From Eledone cirrhosa (taxonomy: Eukaryota), in assembly GCA_964016885.1 (NCBI GenBank), contig CAXHJY010000861.1, positions 258,667 to 322,666 of the forward strand: 64,000 nt of DNA, read 5' to 3'. Position 1 is the stretch's first letter; every line of letters starts with the position of its first letter. The translations under genes and the position numbers were made by a program. The notes under the pieces were generated by a model. It did no database searches. It saw nothing but the letters and a program-made list of their open reading frames with translations, and was not told where the DNA came from. Positions 51,574-64,000 of the stretch are shown one piece after another.

Positions 51574-51839
51574 TAAAATAAAGTTAAATAAAAGTCAAAT
51601 GATTAAAATTTAGCTTCGTTTATTACTGCTATATATATTTCAATGACAGCCATCTTTGGCTGTGACCTCTTCAGGCAGTTTGAATTAGTATGCTAATTCA
51701 AACTGCCTGAAGAGGTCACTGCCTGAAGAGGTCACAGCCTGAAGAGGTCACAGCCAAAGATGGCTGTCACTGAAATATATATAGCAGTAATAAACGAAGC
51801 TAAATTTTAATCATTTGACTTTTATTTAACTTTATTTTA
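51574..51839. repeat. ~265-bp palindrome made of two back-to-back hammerhead cassettes
   Basis: Centre at 51690/51691; arms nearly perfect; right arm has GCCTGAAGAGGTCAC three times. Confidence 0.92.
51626..51678 (-). ncRNA. Type I hammerhead (left arm); mirror copy on + at ~51703-51787
   Basis: CUGC-CUGAAGA-GGUC-ACAGCC(AAAGAU)GGCUGU-CAUU-GAAA-UAUAUA-UA^-GCAG. Confidence 0.8.
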
Positions 51840-56967
<5,128 letters not shown>

Positions 56968-58960
56968 TAATCAATAACAAAGAACGCCTATAGCATATGC
57001 ATATCTTTACTTGCTAACATTGTTTCATCCGCACTATAAGTGGGACACATCAGAGCATAAAGGTTAATTACATACCACACAAGCAATAACAAATCCAAGA
57101 CAATGTATCTATGTAGAGCGTGTACTGTGATATAGGCTGCACAAATAGAAATTTAGCCTGTAACTGTGGGCGGACCTGTGCCATCCCGCCGTAAGCAGTA
57201 GATACGTGGCACATGTACGTGTTGCCCTCCTATTCTGTGGTTTAAGATCTACAGGCTGACTTCTGGGAGCTCTTGCCCGGGGTTGTAGTCTTTCTAGCAC
57301 GATTGGTCTTCCATATATTGACGGTCGTTGTTATTATCCCGAAAGTAACGTTTTGGCCCCGATAGCCCTCCGTAGTTACTAACGGTCTGTGTACAGTTGA
57401 ATCGGGCAATGGCACATGCGGACATGATTATCTCCGTAGGATTTCAATTTGATTTATTTTACTGCATCTCATCGTATGTATTTATTTTGAATGTATTATC
57501 CGTGGTGGTGGGTCTTGCCTAATGTGGTATTTCTGTGTTTAATATCAGCTTTGACCCGGGTGTCCTACGCTGTGTGTGTGTGCGTGTGTGTCTGTGTATA
57601 CATTTATATGTGTATGGGTGTAGGTGGTTGTATATGTCTGTATATAAAAATATATATATATGTATACCGTCTCTGCATATGCATGTGGTGTGTATATGTG
57701 CATATACGTGCTGAACATATTGGTGTGTATAATCTTGAGATGTCCCAATGCGGTGACTTCATGATATTGGCTCTTGAAGCTATTTTTTATATATCTTTTA
57801 TTTTTTATATATCCTTTGTATGCGCTGTTGAGTATGCATATTAACCCGCCTGACCCAACTACATCTGCTTGCTTTCGGCTAGCCCGCCTGCACCTGCTTG
57901 CTTTCTGCCCACCTGTCTGCCTCTTGCTGCTGCACGTGAATTCTCCTACCTTCCTTCGATGTACCTCTGTTGACCATTGGACTCCTGCCCGGGTGTGAAC
58001 CGGTTTGTGATTACACCACCGCTCAACTGTGTGAATGCACACCCGTGACTTTCGAGTGAACTTTTGAGACTGCCCAACCTGGGACGTCTCCATTGCATTG
58101 CAATGGTCAAGTGATACTGATAACAAATATATTCTAAAAAAATATATATCTTATCTCAATTTACTTTATTTTATTTCATTTCATTTCATTCTATTTAATT
58201 TTATTTATTTATTTAATTTTATTTATTTAATTATATCTTATATTATATTATTTTATTTTAGTTTATTTTATTTTATTTTAGTTTATTTTATTTTATTTTA
58301 TTTTATCTTATTTTATTATTATATTATATTATATTCTATTTTATATAATTTTAATTTTATATTATTTTATTCTATTTTATTTCATTCCTTACCCTGTATC
58401 ACTATTATCTGTATATTTTATATTTTATATGTATGTTTTTTTATATTTTCTTATATATATTATAAGTCTATTTTTTACCTATTTTTCACCTATTTTTTAT
58501 CTACTCTTACCTAATCCTATCTATCTTATCTATTCTTGTCTGTTCTCTTATCCATGTGTATGCTTGTATGTAACTATATGTTGACAGCACTCCGCCCAAC
58601 TGTGACTGATAGCACCCCTTATTTTTCAATTATTTTTCATTGTTTATTTTTCAATGTTTATTTTTATTTTTATTTTTATTTTTACTTCCTCAATATCTTT
58701 TATCTTTTATTATTTTACATTCTTTATTTCTTCAATGTCTTGGATTTGTTATTGCTTGTGTGGTATGTAATTAACCTTTATGCTCTGATGAGTCCCACTT
58801 ATAGTGCGGATGAAACAATGTTAGCAAGTAAAGATATGCATATGCTATAGGCGTTCTTTGTTATTGATTATATCACGGCTCTGTCCTCAGACATCGAGCT
58901 AACCTTATACTGCCTGTTGGATAAGTGGAGTATTATACACCCCTGATCCTCTCCCTAGTA
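56968..58960 (+). mobile_element. Degraded 5'-truncated Penelope-like element with 135-bp inverted repeats
   Basis: 56968-57102 is the inverse of 58736-58870; possible GIY-YIG relic DIGCTNRNL near 57128; T-rich 3' UTR. Confidence 0.7.
58781..58826 (+). ncRNA. Minimal type I hammerhead
   Basis: UGCU-CUGAUGA-GUCCCACU(UAU)AGUGCGGAU-GAAA-CAAUG-UU^-AGCA; inverted copy 57012-57057 has CUGAUGU. Confidence 0.85.
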
Positions 58961-59058
58961 TACTATATATATACATATATATATATATATACATATATAT
59001 ATACATATATATATATATATACATATATATATACATATACATATATATATACATATAC

Positions 59059-59089
<31 letters not shown>

Positions 59090-59140
59090 CATATATACAT
59101 ATATATATACATATATATATACATATACATATATATATAC

Positions 59141-59173
<33 letters not shown>

Positions 59174-59210
59174 CATACATATATATATACATACATATAT
59201 ATATACATAC

Positions 59211-59247
<37 letters not shown>

Positions 59248-59814
59248 CATATATATATACATATATATATATACATACATATATATATATATACATATAT
59301 ATATATACATATATATATATACATACATATATATATATATACATATATATATATACATATATATATACACATATATATATACACATATATATATACACAT
59401 ATATATATATACATATATATATATACATATACATATATATATATACATATATATATATACATATATATATATACATATATATATACATATATATATACAT
59501 ATATATATACATATATATATATACATATATATATATACATATATATATATACATATATATATATACATATATATATATACATATATATATATACATATAT
59601 ATATATACATATATATATATATACATATATATATATACATATATATATATACATATATATATATACATATATATATATATACATATATATATACATATAT
59701 ATATACATATATATATACATATATATATACATATATATATATACATATATATATATACATATATATATATACATATATATATATACATATATATATATAC
59801 ATATATATATATAC

Positions 59815-59867
<53 letters not shown>

Positions 59868-59976
59868 CATATATACATACATATATATATATACATATAT
59901 ACATACATATATATATATACATATATATATATACATATATATATATACATATATATATATACATATATATACATAC

Positions 59977-60008
<32 letters not shown>

Positions 60009-60306
60009 ATATACATATATATATATACATATATACATATACATATATATATACATATATATATATACATATACATATATATATATACATATATATATAC
60101 ATATATATATATACATATACATATATATATATACATATATATATACATATATATATATACATATATATATACATATATATATACATATACATATATATAT
60201 ACATATATATATACATACATATATACATACATATATATATACATATATATATACATATATATATACATATATATATACATATATATATACATATATATAT
60301 ATATAC

Positions 60307-60349
<43 letters not shown>

Positions 60350-60384
60350 TATATACATATATATATACATATATATATATATAC

Positions 60385-60433
<49 letters not shown>

Positions 60434-60523
60434 TATATACATATATATATATACATATATATATACATACATATATATATACATATATATATACATATAT
60501 ATATACATATATATATATATATA
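58961..60523. repeat. (TA)n/CA array
   Basis: Directly visible. Confidence 0.99.
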
Positions 60524-61065
60524 CAATGTGTCAAGGAAAACCGTGATATTGTCGGGGAGAAGTGTGTGCTTAACGATGATGGCATACTTGCCATCACCGA
60601 CGCTGATAAGAAGGTAGCTTGGAAGTGTCACTACGAAAGGCTTCTAAATGAGGAGAACAAATGGGAGAAAGACAGTCTTCCCCACATCGACCCAATAGAG
60701 GGACCAGCAGTGTCAGTCCAGGGTAGTACAATAAGCAAGGCAATCAAAGATATGAAGACGGGTAAGGCGGCTGGTCCTTCGGAAATAGTTGCTGAGATGC
60801 TGAAGGCATCTGGTTCGGTGGGACACACCATGGTCACCCGGATAGTTAACCAAGTCGTACAGAATGGGGTTGTTCCGAAGGACTGGCGTAGCAGCATCAT
60901 CGTTAACTGCTATAAGGGAAAAGGAGATGCCCTAGATAGGAGTAACTATAGAGGCATTAAATTAATCGACCAGGTCATGGAGGTCACGGAAAAAGTAATA
61001 GCGCAACTAATCAGAGAGAGAATTGATCTAGATGAAATGCAGTTCGGATTTGTGTCAGGCAAAAG
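60524..61065 (+). mobile_element. Internal RTE family A fragment
   Basis: [13 protein letters not shown]...QFGFVSGK; matches 40072-40612. Confidence 0.95.
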
Positions 61066-63322
<2,257 letters not shown>

Positions 63323-63852
63323 TCATCATCATCATCATCGTTTAACGTCCATATTCCATGCTTGCATGGGTTTGGACGGGAGTTTCCCCACTTGAGGCAA
63401 GAGTGGTTGTCTTGCTCGCATAGGACTGTCTGGCAGGTTTTCTACAGCTGGATGCCCTTCCTAACACCAACCACATTTACAGTGTTACCTACATGGCCAC
63501 ATTACAGCGTTGACTGTGTGTTTTTTTGTCGTGACACCTACACGACCTCATGTTTCGGGCTGGATGTTGTGGTACCAACATAACTTTACATTGAAAGGGG
63601 TGGTGTGGATGGGGTGAGGGAAGTGGGATGGGGTGTATTTTGTTAGAGGTGCCTACTGACTGTAGTAGGTTTTACTTTGTATTTAGGTAAGGCGGGTCTT
63701 CTCTATTACTGTGTAGCGCCAAAGTGACATTGTCTTGGAGAGGTGTAAGTGTGTGAGGTCGGAATTTATGAAGTCGTCCCAGGTTTTTCTGGGTCTGCCT
63801 ACTCCATGGCTACCGTCTATTTTTATTGCCCTGCACCTTTTTATACAGCTGT
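63323..63852 (-). mobile_element. RTE family A 3' fragment
   Basis: [14 protein letters not shown], 3' UTR with small deletions, (GAT)n tail. Confidence 0.93.
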
Positions 63853-63890
63853 AAAATATATATATATATATACGTATATATATATATACA

Positions 63891-64000
63891 TCATGTGGAC
63901 TATCTATTGATGAACGAATAAATATTCTAAAGAGATTACGCAATAGCGATTGCCTAAACTCAAGAAATGAATTCTTCACACGTTGTCCACATTCTGGATA
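63891..64000 (+). mobile_element. C-terminal GIY-YIG fragment of another Penelope-like element
   Basis: Translates SCGLSIDERINIL..CLNSRNEFFTRCPH, comparable to CNLCSEE..LLNKKDELVTACKH at 28696-29100. Confidence 0.65.

Noticed and set aside
51703-51752. CRISPR-like short repeats
   Set aside because: Adjacent repeats without spacers, no cas genes, eukaryotic context.
56968-58870. MITE/DNA transposon reading of the inverted repeats
   Set aside because: The arms contain hammerheads and one arm continues into extra sequence. The same layout flanks a clear PLE at 27323-30883, and no transposase is present. Not formally excluded, since TA flanks could mask TSDs.

Overview
AT-rich animal genomic DNA with no recognisable host gene. 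The SINE/RTE content suggests a cephalopod, but that is an inference. The window is a nest of non-LTR retroelements embedded in long (TA)n arrays interrupted by CA. It holds three RTE LINE families (A, B, C), including one uninterrupted ORF at 38749-41931, and all three carry a PHD-type zinc finger inside the reverse transcriptase. It also holds two CR1-group LINE families, at least four Penelope-like (RT + GIY-YIG) elements, a tRNA/CORE SINE and several non-coding retro-derived units. Reading the non-coding DNA by eye gave seven different type-I hammerhead ribozyme families (12 motif copies). These include U3-A8 core variants, palindromic stem III forms and one with a ~100-nt stem II; most lie in or beside inverted terminal repeats. 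All long I/Y-rich ORFs are microsatellite artefacts. Boundaries are read by eye and approximate; no searches or folding programs were run.
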